Position numbers and translations under genes: made by a program. Source: Podarcis muralis (taxonomy: Eukaryota). Taken from it: a DNA stretch of 64,000 nucleotides. The notes below the pieces were generated by a model. It made no database searches. It saw nothing but the letters and a program-made list of their open reading frames with translations, and was not told the origin of the DNA. Location of the stretch: the NCBI RefSeq assembly GCF_964188315.1, contig NC_135661.1:27404001-27468000 (forward strand), written 5' to 3'. Within the stretch, counting starts at the first letter, position 1; every line of letters starts with the position of its first letter. Shown piece after piece: positions 11,011-23,205 of the stretch.

Positions 11011-11479
11011 GTGAAATCCCTTTGCAGCAGTACAGCTGCCCACAAAATACCTGCTGATTCTGGGTCTTTGGATTTCCACCTCAAAAGAATTAACTTGTTC
11101 CTCCCCTTCTAAAGCCATTTATCTTCGGGGCCATTGCCACACTTTGTGGCAGCAACAGTTCTCCTCAATGTGAACCACAGATCTGGAGGTGAGGTAGCAC
11201 AATTATGTTTTTTCAAGTGTCTGTTGATGGAGGAAACGATTTAATGCCTATATTCTACCCAGAGCATGGAAGGTGTTATCAAGAAACATTGCCCTGATGA
11301 GGTAACTCGCAAGGTTGGAGCAGAACATGCAGGGAGGAATCCTCACCCGATACGAAGGAGAACTTCTAAGTTTTCCATTTCCCACCTAAAGACATCTAAG
11401 TCCAGAACCAGATGATCAATGTTTGCTGATCAGATGCCTGGCTCTTTCTCTCTCTCTCTTCCATGGGGGCTGGGAGAGT

Positions 11480-11650
11480 CGACCAATTCAGGCATTTTGT
11501 TTATCACCGTTTGTCCTTTGAAAAGGCAAATCGTAGGGCTTAAAACATTAATCCGGAATGATTAATTGATTGCCTCATTAATACAGATTAAGCTGGGGAT
11601 TCTTAAATAGCCGTTTAATTGGTGCTCATCTTTTGTCAAAGAGGGTCCTG
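11480..11650. promoter_or_regulatory. Putative conserved non-coding enhancer (homeodomain-site rich)
   Basis: Repeat-free; ATTAAT at 11547, 11561 and 11577, TGATTAAT, TAATTGG, TCF-like CTTTGAA and several CpGs; conservation not tested. Confidence 0.4.
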
Positions 11651-13885
11651 TTCTGATGGCATTGTCGAGCGCAATCTTTTGATTCCAACAGTAGGGCGCT
11701 TAGGATGGCTCGAGAAACAAGAAATGGCTTCTTCTGTTGTTTTGCTCAGGGGGAAACTACAATCTCACTTAGCTTCTGATTTCAAATGTGATACCTTCTC
11801 GCTTTAGTGATGTGTTTTTGTACAATGCCTTTAGAAATTTATGGGTGGCATTCACCCGATGGGCCCTGTCAGTAAGAGCCTCTGCACATGGAGTTTGGTT
11901 TACAACATGAGGCATCCCCCCCATCCCGCTGAATTGTCTTGGAGGGGTATCAAGGGAACCCCCAAAACAGCGCTGGTTGGGAGTGGAGAAGGGATTGGTC
12001 CATTTGGCAAGCTGAAAAGCCTGTAGAAAGGAAATGAACATCTGTAGCAACTCAGTGTTGAATCTCAACCTTTATAGATCCTTCTTTTTGTATGCATTTT
12101 TAACATGGAGAGGCTTGCTTTGCAAACAATGGAGGAGAGCAGTTTCCGAAAGAGAAGCGGGTGTTCTGGTCTGTGCATAGCCTCAGGAATTGCAGATGAG
12201 GGAGATCTATATAAAAGCCAGGGCCCAACCCTACCTCACACTGATGGAGTGAGCCAATCTGATGTTTTGATGTGCTGTAAACCGCTTTCAGATGTTTTGC
12301 TTAAAAATATATAACGCAACCTAGAAAGGAAATGAACAACAACAGCAACAGTAACAGTATCAACACCACCACTCTATCATAGACATCCACAGCGCCTTTG
12401 GAGCAAGACAGATGCCTGGCCTGACCCTCTCTCCAAGGGTGAACTGACATAAACTATCTGTCTACCAGCATTAAAAGTAAGTAGTTTCACAGAAGAGAGC
12501 CTTTGTGGGGCAGAAGCTGGAGGTAGTGTTGAGAGCAGGCACAGCACCCCCCCCCCACACATCAATGGAGAAATGAATGTTGAGTTGCTTACAGGTCATC
12601 AAAGGTAAAAACAGGCTTGAGAATAGCTCTGGCTTTAGAGAGCAAAAGGAACAGCAACGCAAAAGAGGCACATGAATTTTTAAAGCTATTTTCTAATTTT
12701 AACAAGCTGTTGCCATGAACTAGGAACCCAGTTCTGGACAGAGAGTCGAACTGCCACTGCGTGTATAAATAGTTTGGCTGGCATCGCTCTTGCGTTGAAG
12801 GGAGCGGGGGGAGAAACACACCAAAAAAAAAAGTCCTTAGGGAGCCTAAACGCAAATTTGCAAACTTGAAAGAAGCTCAGGTCAGGACACCAAAAGGTGC
12901 GTGCAAACTCCACATGCAGGCTCACAGAGCTGTTTTTCAGCGCTGAAGTCTGTTTGCCCTCTTCGGGCGGGTGGCTTTGCGGACAGGCTGAATGTAGGTG
13001 GCGTTCCCCTGGATGGAGTGCCAACTGACCAGTAGCAACACTTGGCGTCGCGCCCATGGGAAAGTTAAATACTCAGCCTGCAGGGCCTTTCGGCCTCTTG
13101 CTCTCCACGCTGGTTGCCCTCCTCCCCACCAAACTACAAGAGGATTTTCAGGTGGGGAACCAGCCAGGTGCCTTTGAGAGTGAAGGCTGACATCTACGGG
13201 GATACCAAATTTCCAGCTTCAAAAAGTCAAAGTGGCGCAGAACACCATGTTTGGAATGACATATGGCCAGGAGCTGCCCGAGAATCACTTACACAGCCCT
13301 GAGCCCCAAATCCCTCCCTTGTCATGCTCTGATATAGAGGTATCAGCAAGGACTCTGATCATGGATGCTTCATTTGGCACTGCGAAGGCTCTCCATCTTC
13401 CTTATCCCAGCTTTCACCCTTGACGCGGAATGGATGCCTCATGGAGGTATCTGAAAGGGGATTAGCCATCTCTGCCCTCTGCCTCCCCATCCCCACGCTT
13501 TCTCTTTGCAAAGCTGTCTGACCTTGGGGAGGTGATCGAAGGATGCCCATTTCCGCCAGGAAGATGCTCACATGAATCACGCGCTTGCACTTCAGCACAA
13601 CAAAGGCACAACCCGTCCTTGGGGCTGATTAAGGCAATTTAGTTTTGTGAGGCAAGAGCTGCTCATGGACGAGTTCACACCAGAAAAAGGGGCTTTTGGT
13701 CAGCTCGCCCAAATCCCCATCAATTCTCCCGGCAGAGGAGAGATTCACTGAGGAGCTGATTATTCCCACCAAGGAAAAGATCCATGGCACAGAGTCATGA
13801 GACAGGAGTGAGGAAGGAGCTAGAGGCCCCTTCAAACGGCCATTTTCAACTGAGGCCAAAGCAATGACACTACAGCCACAATGTA

Positions 13886-14362
13886 CAGTGGTACAGTGGT
13901 ACCTGGGGTTATGAACTTAATTCATTCTGGAGGTCTGTTCTTAACCTGAAACTGTTCTTAACCTGAGGTACCACTTTAGCTAATGGGGTCTGCCGCTTCC
14001 GTCGCGCCACCGCCGCACAATTTCTGTTCTCATCCTGAAGCAAATTCTTAACCCGATGTACTATTTCTGGGTTAGCAGAGTCTGTAACCTGAAGCGTCTG
14101 TAACCTGAAGAGTCTGTAACCTGAGGTACCACTGTACCTTGGTTTAAGAACAGCCCTGTTTAAGAACTATTCGGTTTACGAACTCCGCAAAACCGGAGGT
14201 AGTGACCTGGTTTATGAACTTTACCTCAGTCTAAGAACAGAATCCAAATGGTGGAAGGGCACTAGCAGCCTCATTAGAGAAAGCACGCCTCGGTTTAAGA
14301 ACCGTTTCAGTTTAAGAACGGACTTCCAGAACAGATTAAGTTCATAAACCGAGGTACCACTG
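13886..14362. mobile_element. Older mariner MITE (outer element) split within its left TIR
   Basis: TA|CAGTGG(TA)…CCTTGGTTTAAGAAC…TTCATAAACCGAGGTACCACTG|TA; body continues at 14137-14362. Confidence 0.8.
13894..14134 (-). mobile_element. Mariner MITE (inner element) inserted in the TA of the outer element's TIR
   Basis: Reverse-oriented copy of the 5660/42044 family with TA duplication at 13892-93 and 14135-36. Confidence 0.85.
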
Positions 14363-14666
14363 TATTTATTTTACTTTACTTATTTCCTTTATATCCCGCC
14401 TTTTTCTCCAAGGAACTCATCATCCTTGTCAAGCACTCTGAAGGAAGTTGCAAGCATGCCTTTATCAATCTTAACAACAACGCTGCCAGGAAATGATCCT
14501 CATTTTGCAATTGTGAGAGGAGGACTGAAGCTGGCTAAGCAGCAGCTTCCTTAAGGCCAGCTGGACTCTGATGTCAATAAAAAAAAAACTAAATTAAAAA
14601 ACCTTGCCTGTGGAAAACCAGGTGTCAGAGAGAAGAAGCCTACTCTAACATTCTCCCAGATTTTGA

Positions 14667-14816
14667 TAGCTGGATGGCTCAGTTGGTTAGAGTGTGGTAC
14701 CGATAACGCCAAGGTTGCAGGTTTGATCCCTCATATGGGGCAGCTGCATATTCCTGCCTTCCAAGGGGTTGGATGAGATAATCCTCGGGGTCCCATCTAA
14801 CTCTATGATTCTATGA
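14667..14816 (+). mobile_element. tRNA-Ile-derived SINE with CR1-type tail
   Basis: GCTCAGTTGGTTAGAGTGTGGTACCGATAACGCCAAGGTTGCAGGTTTGATCCC head and CTCTATGATTCTATGA tail. Confidence 0.85.
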
Positions 14817-17809
14817 TATCCTAGCTTTCTGTGCCGAGATAATATATGTTTGCAGCAGAACATTCAGTCTTGTGAGCCTTCCGTCTTTAAAGTGGTACAA
14901 TCCCAGACAGTTTTCCTACCTTGCCTGGCTATACCAATTTAGTTGGTAGAGTCTGATACTGACCAGCTCAGCAGTCCCTCTCCCTGATGCAGTCAGGGGG
15001 CACCCAAGGGCCAAGAGTTCCTTCATGCTGGGAGGAGTGCAGGCTGTAGCCTCTGTACCTTGGACCAGTGGTTGAGCTCTGTCCTCCTCACCCCCACTCA
15101 CTCCATCAGGAGGCAGATCCCCAGCCCCACAGCAGTGACCAGGGGAGAACCTGGCACAAAGCAGGATTTAAACCTTGCCATGCTGCCAGTGACATAAACT
15201 GGCGCGCAACAGAATCTGCAAGGGTGTGTAACTGGAATGGTAAATAACTGAGCTGGTTTCTGGATTTTCCGAGCCCAACAGTGAGTTGAGCTGCCGGCCC
15301 CTCCTCGCCACCCTTCAACCACCTCACACTCCCTTAAATTGCGACTTCTGCTTGGCTACAAATTCCTGGCTCTTTCACAACCCCAGAGCTCCTTTTGACA
15401 ACATCTCAAGCCTCAAAATGCCCAAGGGTTCCTGCTCCCCCCCCCCCCGCAACTCCCAGGTCAGAAAGGAATAGCTGATCATAGCAAAATGCTCCAGGTT
15501 CAATGGCCTCCCTTCTCAGTTTTCTTTCTTAAATAAGCTTTTCCAGTAGCTGGGCTGGGGAAGGTCTTTGCTGGGCACATGCCTGCTGATCTAGACAGTG
15601 CCTAGGCAGACCAAAAGCCTGATTGCTGAGGTACGAAGTCTGGTCTCTGGTCTCCCAAGGTTCCTCAGAAGAGAAGGCCAAGACTCAGCTCAACAGATAA
15701 TTAATTGGCTTAGGATTTTATGTAAGTTAAGTGATGAATTAATATGTTTAATTTCAAAATGAAAAGCTTTAAGGATGTAAATGTTCATGTTAAATTTTAT
15801 AAGAACTGTGATTTGGAAAACCGTTAAAAGGATACGCATTGAAATTCAACCAAGGGGAAGAGAGGAAGTCACTTAACAATGTTAATAAGTGTAATTTTTA
15901 ATAAGGTTATGATTTATGTTTGTTTGTTTGTTTGTTTATAATTTTGTGAAAATTAATTTTTTTTGGGGGGGGGGACCAAAAAACTCAACTCAACTGAAGT
16001 TCACTCAGGGAGGCAGTGAGAAGAAAATGGACCCTGGATTTCAGAGCTTTGGAAAAAGTCTTCTGTTCTTATGTCAGCCAAAAGAGGAAATGTTATCACT
16101 CTTAAGCGCTGACACATTTATTTCTCCATTGATTATAGCAGAGCTGGAAATGAATATTCTGTCTGGCCTGATGGCCCTTTGCACTACTCTAGAAGATGAA
16201 AGGAGAGCAAATAAGGAGGGAGGGGCAAAGAGCGCTGTCTTCTCCCCAACCCATTTTGCAGCCCTATGCTGGATCTTCTCCCTGTCACCCGCCAGTTTCC
16301 TCTGATTGACACAGAATTTCACCCAACCGTTAGAAGCCAGTAGATCCCACTGATGGTCAAGGGACAGAAGGGTGGGGCCATGAAGCCCATATTCTCAGGA
16401 TTATGTCCTTTTAAAAATAAAAATAAATAAATCAAACTAAACACTGAGCTGCAAACCTTAACCTGCATCCCATGTGGAAATAATCTTCAAGTAGCTGATT
16501 TGTGGTTAGTAGACAGCAAGCAATCCTTAAAACAACTGATGGGAGATTGACCGACCGATAAATACAGGCTAGATACGAGTTTATTTTGCTGTGCTTTACA
16601 AAATGGAACAGGCTATTGGCACCCCCTGCCTCACGCCACCTCTCTCTAAAAGCATCCTCGGGTCTCCTCACAAACTCGCAGGGCCTCTCACATGGAAACA
16701 ACGGGAGACCCACAAACATTCCTACAGTGGCAGCCCAATAAATCTTCCCTTTTACTCAGGATTCCACGTCCCATTTCAAACTGACACACAGGCCAGATTT
16801 ATTTTTTCAGAGAGATGCTGAACTCTCCAGCTCACAATTTCTGCACCACTTGCAGCCCAGGGATTCACAGTGGAAGGGGCGAGTGAGGAAAGAGCTTCCC
16901 CACCCTGGACTCAGTCACAAATCATCTCCACTCAACGGCGAGGCCTGAAGCTTTGCCAGTAAGTAACGCAGACGTAACTGGAAAAAGAGGCAACAGCCAG
17001 AAAACCCCTTCGCTGGCAGGGCTCGATGGAGAAGGCTCCCAAGGCTCAGCCACTATTCACCAAGCTTACAACTGAACTTCACAGCACAGAAGGGCGCCTC
17101 AGCCTACCAGAATTGGATGGGTGTCAAGGGGGTCTGCAACTTGAGCCGTACCACCAACACTTGGCTCAGGCAAAAAGAGGGGACCAGACAGACTTTCAGC
17201 CCCCTGGGCGCTCACAAGTAATAAGGCTTTTCTGGTGAGGTTTGAGGTCTTGAAATGGCCGCCATTCACTTTCTCCTTCTTCTCGGCCTTGCATCCTCTC
17301 TGCCTCACCTACAACTTGACACCAAAGAAGATAGTTGACTTTGATGCCTCAGGTAAAGATACCACAAATAAAATTGCACTCTCCCCTACAATTTCCTTCC
17401 TAATCCAATCGCTGTGGTTCACCTATTCCCACCTCTGTTCAATGCCAGCCAGCTTTCTTTCACTCTGCTGGGGCAATTGGTGCAAATTGTTCCATTTCAA
17501 AGCCACCAGTCTTGGTTCCTCAGACTGGCCTTGCAATGCCTCTGCAGTTGTCCCGTCAACACACCACAAGAAACAGAAAACTCAGGTCTCCTCATCCAAT
17601 CCCTTCTCACAAACAACAACAATGGAGTCCGCCAACAGGAATTCTTTGAAAAAGAAGCAGCCATTTCATTTCCAACCACGTGGCAAAGAAAACATCTGTG
17701 ACAACATTTGTGCGACGGAAACGCTTCCCCAAACCGGAGGTAGCTGGGATCCCTCCAGAATCCTCAAGAGATTTGCTTCTCACCATAAGATACAAAGGCC
17801 ATGTCTTAC

Positions 17810-17881
17810 CTGAAGAAGCCAGTAGCACCTTCTGTGGAAAGTGGGGATGATTGAAGAATGGACGTAGCAACCATACAGGCA
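17810..17881 (-). other. Candidate 72-nt exon of unknown transcript
   Basis: Minus strand: long pyrimidine tract TTTTTTTCTCTTCTTTCTCCCGTCTTTAG, donor CAG|GTAAGA, length divisible by 3, no stop in any frame. Confidence 0.35.
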
Positions 17882-19547
17882 CTAAAGACGGGGAGAAAGA
17901 AGAGAAAAAAATCCAGAGTTATAAGAGGGAAATCATGAATCTGCATCAAGCACAGCATCTCTAACCACCCCCACTTCCATGGCTGCCTCTTGGCAAATGG
18001 AGCCTGGTGACTTTCTGCCTCTGAACTGAGACACAGACTTTTCCTGCAAAGCAGTGTGTGCATTTCTGGGGAAGGGGCATATAGGGCAGAGTCCTCACTC
18101 AGGTGAAAGGTCACCAGCTCCCTCTCAGCTTTCCAAACATGCCTTCCTGGTGCACACCGGTTGCGCCAGCGAGGAGGAAGAAGGTGCAGCCAGAAAGGCT
18201 CACAGATCTACGGGGCAATATTATGTAAGCTTCCATTTCAGAAGGAGCCGCATTTGCTCCAAAATTGCATGGGAAGAAGAGAAGGGAAAAGGTGCCAAAC
18301 TGATCTGGATTTCAAGTTATTACCACTGGAGCCTTTTTTTTTAATACTGCCTCAGCAAGCAAGTTTAGCACCCTTCAGTGCCAAAGCATTTTAAAATATT
18401 AACGCTATTAAGAGCTATATGCACTGTAAATATTTTAAAACGAGCTGCTCTGTGTAAATATTAGCAGCACCCGGATGCCATAAAGCAGAGGATTAAGATA
18501 AAGCAGGTCTCGGATAAAGCAGAAACTTTTGCTTCCTGCCTCTCTGCTTCTGAAATAAATACCAAAACTAAATAAGTTATGAGATGCCACTTCTCCTTCT
18601 GAAGATATTAACTCCCCCACCCAAGTTATTTCTGGATTTCTTAAGGAGTTTTCCCAACGGCACAAAATGCCATTCAGGAATCATCCCAGGAGCTGGTGAT
18701 AGCCAGAGGTCTCTTCCATCAGCTCTGGAGGGAGAGATTATTTGTGTCTGTTTTTATGAGGGCTGAGTTCTTTGGATTCCTCTGAATATTTCTGCAGTCT
18801 GCAGGCTAGCACTGGATCTTTGGGACCCTCGTCTACAAAAGAAGGCAGATGTGCTTTTTGAAGGTGGAGTGGATCTGAATTCACGTTGTCCTTTGTAGCT
18901 GGCTTAACTGTTTGCCGTGTACTACATATGTTTCCAACATGGTGCCCTCCATGTTTTATGGACTTGTCCAAAGTATCTGGCAAGTACCAGGTTAACAAAG
19001 GACGATGTAGCCCATTCCAGAAAAGCACCTCTTCAAGCACTCTCTAAGCACACAGAGGTGAATCGTTCTTATGTATCACAAACATTTCACTGCACATCTC
19101 CTTCTGGCAACTCTTGCAGCCAAGCTGGTGCCAAACGTATTGCTCTGTTTTCCTTTGGGCAGCACTAGTGAGGCCTAGAGGGGGGTTTTGTCATCTGGGC
19201 AGCCCAGGACCTCCATAAACACTACCCAGGCTTACAGCTCAGGGAAGTCACCCCCCCCCCCGGAGGTGCACTCCATTCTATCTCAAGACAAATGGAAGCC
19301 AACTACAACAGAATATATATCATTGGGTGGCATTCAGCTAAGTTTTACTTACAGCAGACCTATAGAAATTAATGGACTTGACTTCCTCCATTTCAGCGGG
19401 TCAACTGTGAGTAAAGCTTACCTAAAGAACCGTCCGTTATCTGCAACTTGCTTAGCTGCACTTCAACTTGACCATCAAGTTGCTTTTTGCATTATCAACA
19501 ACAACAACACCATCAATACCACGTACCGGCAGCTCCCAGGGCATATT

Positions 19548-19853
19548 AAAGGTAAAGGTAAAGGTACCCCTGCCCATACGGGCCAGTCTTGACAGACTCT
19601 GGGGTTGTGCGCCCATCTCACTTAAGAGGCCGGGGGCCAGCGCTGTCCGAAGACACTTCCGGGTCACGTGGCCAGCGTGACAAAGCCGCATCTGGCGAGC
19701 CAGCGCAGCACACGGAAACGCCGTTTACCTTCCCGCCAGTAAGCGGTCCCTATTTATCTACTTGCACCCAGGGGTGCTTTCGAACTGCTAGGTTGGCAGG
19801 CGCTGGGACCGAGCAACGGGAGCGCACCCCGCCGCGGGGATTCGAACCGCCGA
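19548..19853 (-). mobile_element. Sauria SINE, 5'-truncated, divergent CpG-rich subfamily
   Basis: (ACCTTT)n tail and conserved body GTTTACCTTCCCGCC…TATTTATCTACTTGCAC…CTTTCGAACTGCTAGGTTGGCAGG; lacks about 55 nt of the tRNA head. Confidence 0.9.
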
Positions 19854-19889
19854 ACAGCTTACAACCACAGCAATGGAGTGGGCCTTGAA

Positions 19890-20115
19890 AACACACATCA
19901 GAGGTGCCAAAAGCCAGGATAAAGAGGTGCACCTTCAGCATACGCTGGAAGCTGCATAGTGAAGAAGCAAGGGGTCCCTCTGTGGGGAGGGAGTCCCAGA
20001 TGTCTCCACAGAGAAGTCCCTCGTCCAGGCTGTAATTCCCAACACTTCTGCGGGTGGCGAAACTACCAAGAGGGCCCTGAGAGGGTCTGTAGGGAAGGAG
20101 GCAGCATTTCTGATA
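19890..20115 (-). mobile_element. Old L2 3' fragment
   Basis: Decayed …KVHLFILAF* ORF2 end and GGGAGGGAGTCCCAGA motif of L2 tails. Confidence 0.45.
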
Positions 20116-21659
20116 TTTAATGCATCTGATGATAACATTCTCAACCCTGCTGCCTGTTTGGGACACATATCTGTACCTGTGGCCTTTCACACTGGCAGAG
20201 AAAATCACGGATATCCATCATGCCCTGACTTTATTGTCAGCTACCAGCTGTCATGCCTTTGTGCACTGCCTTGTCTCTATGCTACGCCTTCCCGCTGCCG
20301 TAGGGCTCTCCTGGAAATCACCCTGCAGTCACTAACCCTGTTTCTGGGTGATGTTCTCCTTCCCATTTATTTTTCCCTGATAGCAGCAGGCTAAGAATCC
20401 AACATGCAGAAATGTCAAAAAAGAAAAGAATGAAGGTTTGAAATGCTGGCACCTTTCTGCATAACAGGATCAAGTGAGAATGGGCAAGCATAGAGATGTA
20501 TGCAACATACAGAACATACAAAGCATGGGATACTCACAAACCCTAGCCCCAACTTCAACAGTGGTTGTTCTTGCACAGAACACCCACACGATGATGCTTG
20601 GCTTGCATGCTTCCCCTTCCCTACCTTTGCCACAAGGCAGAATTCAGAAGCTTCCGCTTCCATTTTTGACCTCATGACATCTGAACACAAACAAACTGCA
20701 GCTAAACTTCACAATGGTTTGTTGAGACTAAACAGCTTCAGTCTGAGGGTTACAAACCTGGTTTGTTTCAAGAAAGACTAACCACCGTTTGTGGTTCCTC
20801 AGAAATGGAAACAAGCTTCTTGACCTCCTCTGAGCAGCTGTGCCAGCTGTGGACCCAAGGGTTGCCCTTGCATGGCTTAGCATCATGTGGAAATACAGCT
20901 AGTGCCTTGATGACCTATATCAAGAGGTGCAAGGGCCAGCATCATCTCCTGACTCCACATGTTTGGCCAAGGAAGCGTCTGTAGGAGAAGTGTGTGCAGA
21001 TCTCTATGAAGTGGAGGGCTTGAGGTTGGACTAGGACCCCAAAAGCTCATGGGAGTGTACAGACTGCTGAGTGCCCTCCTATGTGAGCTGACACTGGAGA
21101 TGACAGTGATTAAGAAGGAATCTGTGGCCCCAAGCCAGACCTTGGAGCACCACACCATCGTCAGAGTCTGCAGCAGAAGACAGGTTCTGTTGGGCTCTGC
21201 TGCTTGTTGGAGCAACTTTGTGCAGCCTTTGAGCTGTCCTTGGTCCTGACTGGTTTTCACTGTGGCCCGGCTATTTCTCAAACCTGCACATCCCAAGTGT
21301 TATGCCACCTGCTCATACTTCTGGTTTCCACCGCCAGTGGATGGCTTCATGCTTCTTCCCACGGTTGCCTTGGTCTTGCCCAGCACCCCACAAACCATAC
21401 CCCGTCAGAACAGGATAAGAACCCAAAGCCTTAAACTCAATTGTTCAGCCTCTCCTTGCCTTCATTTACAATCCTTGTGCCCATGTACACAGACCCATAT
21501 ATCCTCCTTGATGCTGGAATCTGAGCTATTTCATCCCCACATATTTGCCTCCACCAGTTCAGATGTTTAATTCTTCAGCACCAAAGATCCTTTTCGCAAT
21601 GGAAAAGAAGAAGTATATCTTTTTTTGAAAACAATAAGAGCATTTCCTGGCTTTACATC

Positions 21660-21900
21660 ATTAGCTGGGCCCATAACGGGATTAGTGGGAGGGGGGAAAT
21701 GTCAATTCAGGTGAGTCATTAAAAAGGACATGCTTTATCAGGGAGCACACTCAGAGGAAATGCCTCCTTTTGCCACCCAAGATAATCACTCACAAGGTTG
21801 GCTTGAATTAAGAAGGATTTTCAAGGCCGCCAGCTTCTGTCACGGAGTTATTTTTATGAACACAAAATGCCAGCGCTTAATAATATTTCCAAAACATGTC
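21660..21900. promoter_or_regulatory. Putative enhancer-like non-coding block
   Basis: Repeat-free; AP-1 site TGAGTCA at 21712-21718 overlapping a CAG|GTGAGT donor-like site; TTTTTATG and TAAT motifs. Confidence 0.3.
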
Positions 21901-22305
21901 TAGGGGAAAAACATTGACACCCCCTGCTGAAAATAAGACTAAGAAGGGAGGGAGCAGATAATGTTAGCCAAAGGAAAGCGTAGCACATTAATCCCACTAT
22001 TGAAAGGGGGAAGGAAGTGAATTCAGCTTATCGCATAGCAGGCAGAAGGGGGGGGGGCATTGCAGGTTTTCACCTACAGGCTCTGAAACTGGTCAGACTA
22101 ATAGTCTTGTGCATTATGTGGGACCTCAGAGCTACAAAGGAGAATGAGGGTGTGCAACACCAGCCCTTGTAACTGGCTGGCAGCATGCCTCTGGGCTGTC
22201 CAGGGCTAGAATAAATACTGGGAGCTGCGTGTCTTGATCTTCCTTGGTCAACACAGCAGTAACCCTTTGGCTGGTGCATAGCCAGCTCTAACCTTCCCTA
22301 TAGTA

Positions 22306-22653
22306 GGGATGCAGGTGGCACTGTGGTCTAAACCACTGAGCCTCTTGGGCTTGCCGATCAGAAGGTCAGTGGTTCAAATCCCTGCAATGGGGTGAACTCC
22401 CATTGCTCTGTCCCAACTCCTGCCTACCTAGCAGTTTGAAAGCACACCAAAAAGTGCAAGTTGATATATAGGCACTGCTCCGGCAGAAAGGTAAACAGTG
22501 TTTCCGTGCGCTGCTCTGGTTTTGGTGTTCCACTGAGCCAGAAGCGGCTTAGTCATGCTGTCTGCAGACAAATGCCGGCTTCCTCGGTGAGATGAGCGCC
22601 GCAACCCCAGAGTTGTCTGTGACTGGACTTAACTGTCAGGGGTCCTTTACCTT
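22306..22653 (+). mobile_element. Sauria SINE with 15-bp TSD
   Basis: Head GGGATGCAGGTGGCACTGTGG, tail CCTTTACCTT; TSD TAACCTTCCCTATAG at 22289-22303 and 22654-22668; small internal deletion. Confidence 0.92.
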
Positions 22654-22689
22654 TAACCTTCCCTATAGAGCTCAAAATTCCTATAGAGC

Positions 22690-22986
22690 ATTGTTCTGCC
22701 CGGACACTGAGGTCCAGCTCTGAGGGTCTTCTGCCGGTTCCCTCACTGCGAGAAGCCAAGTTACAGGAAATCAGCAGAGGGCCTTCTCAGTAGTGGCACC
22801 CTCCCTGTGCAACGCCCTCCCACCAGATGTCAAAGACAACAACTACCAGACTTTTAGAAGACATCTGAAGGCAGCCCTCTTTAGGGAAGCTTTTAATGTT
22901 TGATGCATTACTGTATTTTAATATTTTGTTGGAAGCCGCCCAGAGTGGCTAGGGAAGCCCAGCCAGATGGTTGGGGTATAAATAAT

Positions 22987-23023
<37 letters not shown>
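22690..23023 (+). mobile_element. L2 LINE 3' end with (GAT)n tail
   Basis: GTTCTGCCCGGACACTGAGGTCCAGC…TTTAGAAGACATCTGAAGGCAGCCCTCTTTAGGGAAGC…; (GAT)n at 22988-23023. Confidence 0.9.
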
Positions 23024-23024
<1 letters not shown>

Positions 23025-23039
23025 CTTTGTCTGCACACT

Positions 23040-23205
23040 TGGAGGCAGTAATGCTCCTGAATACCAGTTGCTGGAAGTCGTGGGGCGGCTCTTGTGTTCG
23101 GGTCCTGCTTGTGAGTTTCCCACAGGTTGGCTACTGCGAGGACAGGATGCTGTTCTGTCTGGGCCTCTTTTGGCCTGATCCAGCAAAAAGCGGTCCTTAT
23201 GCTCT
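23040..23205 (+). mobile_element. Old CR1 3' UTR fragment
   Basis: GGAGGCAGTAATGCTCCTGAATACCAGTTGCTGGAA…GGCCTGATCCAGCA. Confidence 0.65.

Noticed and set aside
11293-11330. CTGATGAG as a hammerhead core
   Set aside because: No downstream GAAA or stem II/III pairing
14667-14740. Possible tRNA-Ile gene (also tRNA-like heads at 10862, 44257 and 51640)
   Set aside because: Acceptor stem is broken and it runs directly into a CR1-type tail, so it is a SINE head rather than a tRNA gene
17235-17813. 192-aa ORF, among the longest non-TE ORFs
   Set aside because: No recognisable domain, no splice context, composition like random intronic sequence; the same applies to the 192-aa ORFs at 30270 and 60128
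18452-18470. miR-15/16-like TAGCAGCAC next to GTAAATATT
   Set aside because: Segments are in the wrong order for miR-16 and there is no precursor hairpin
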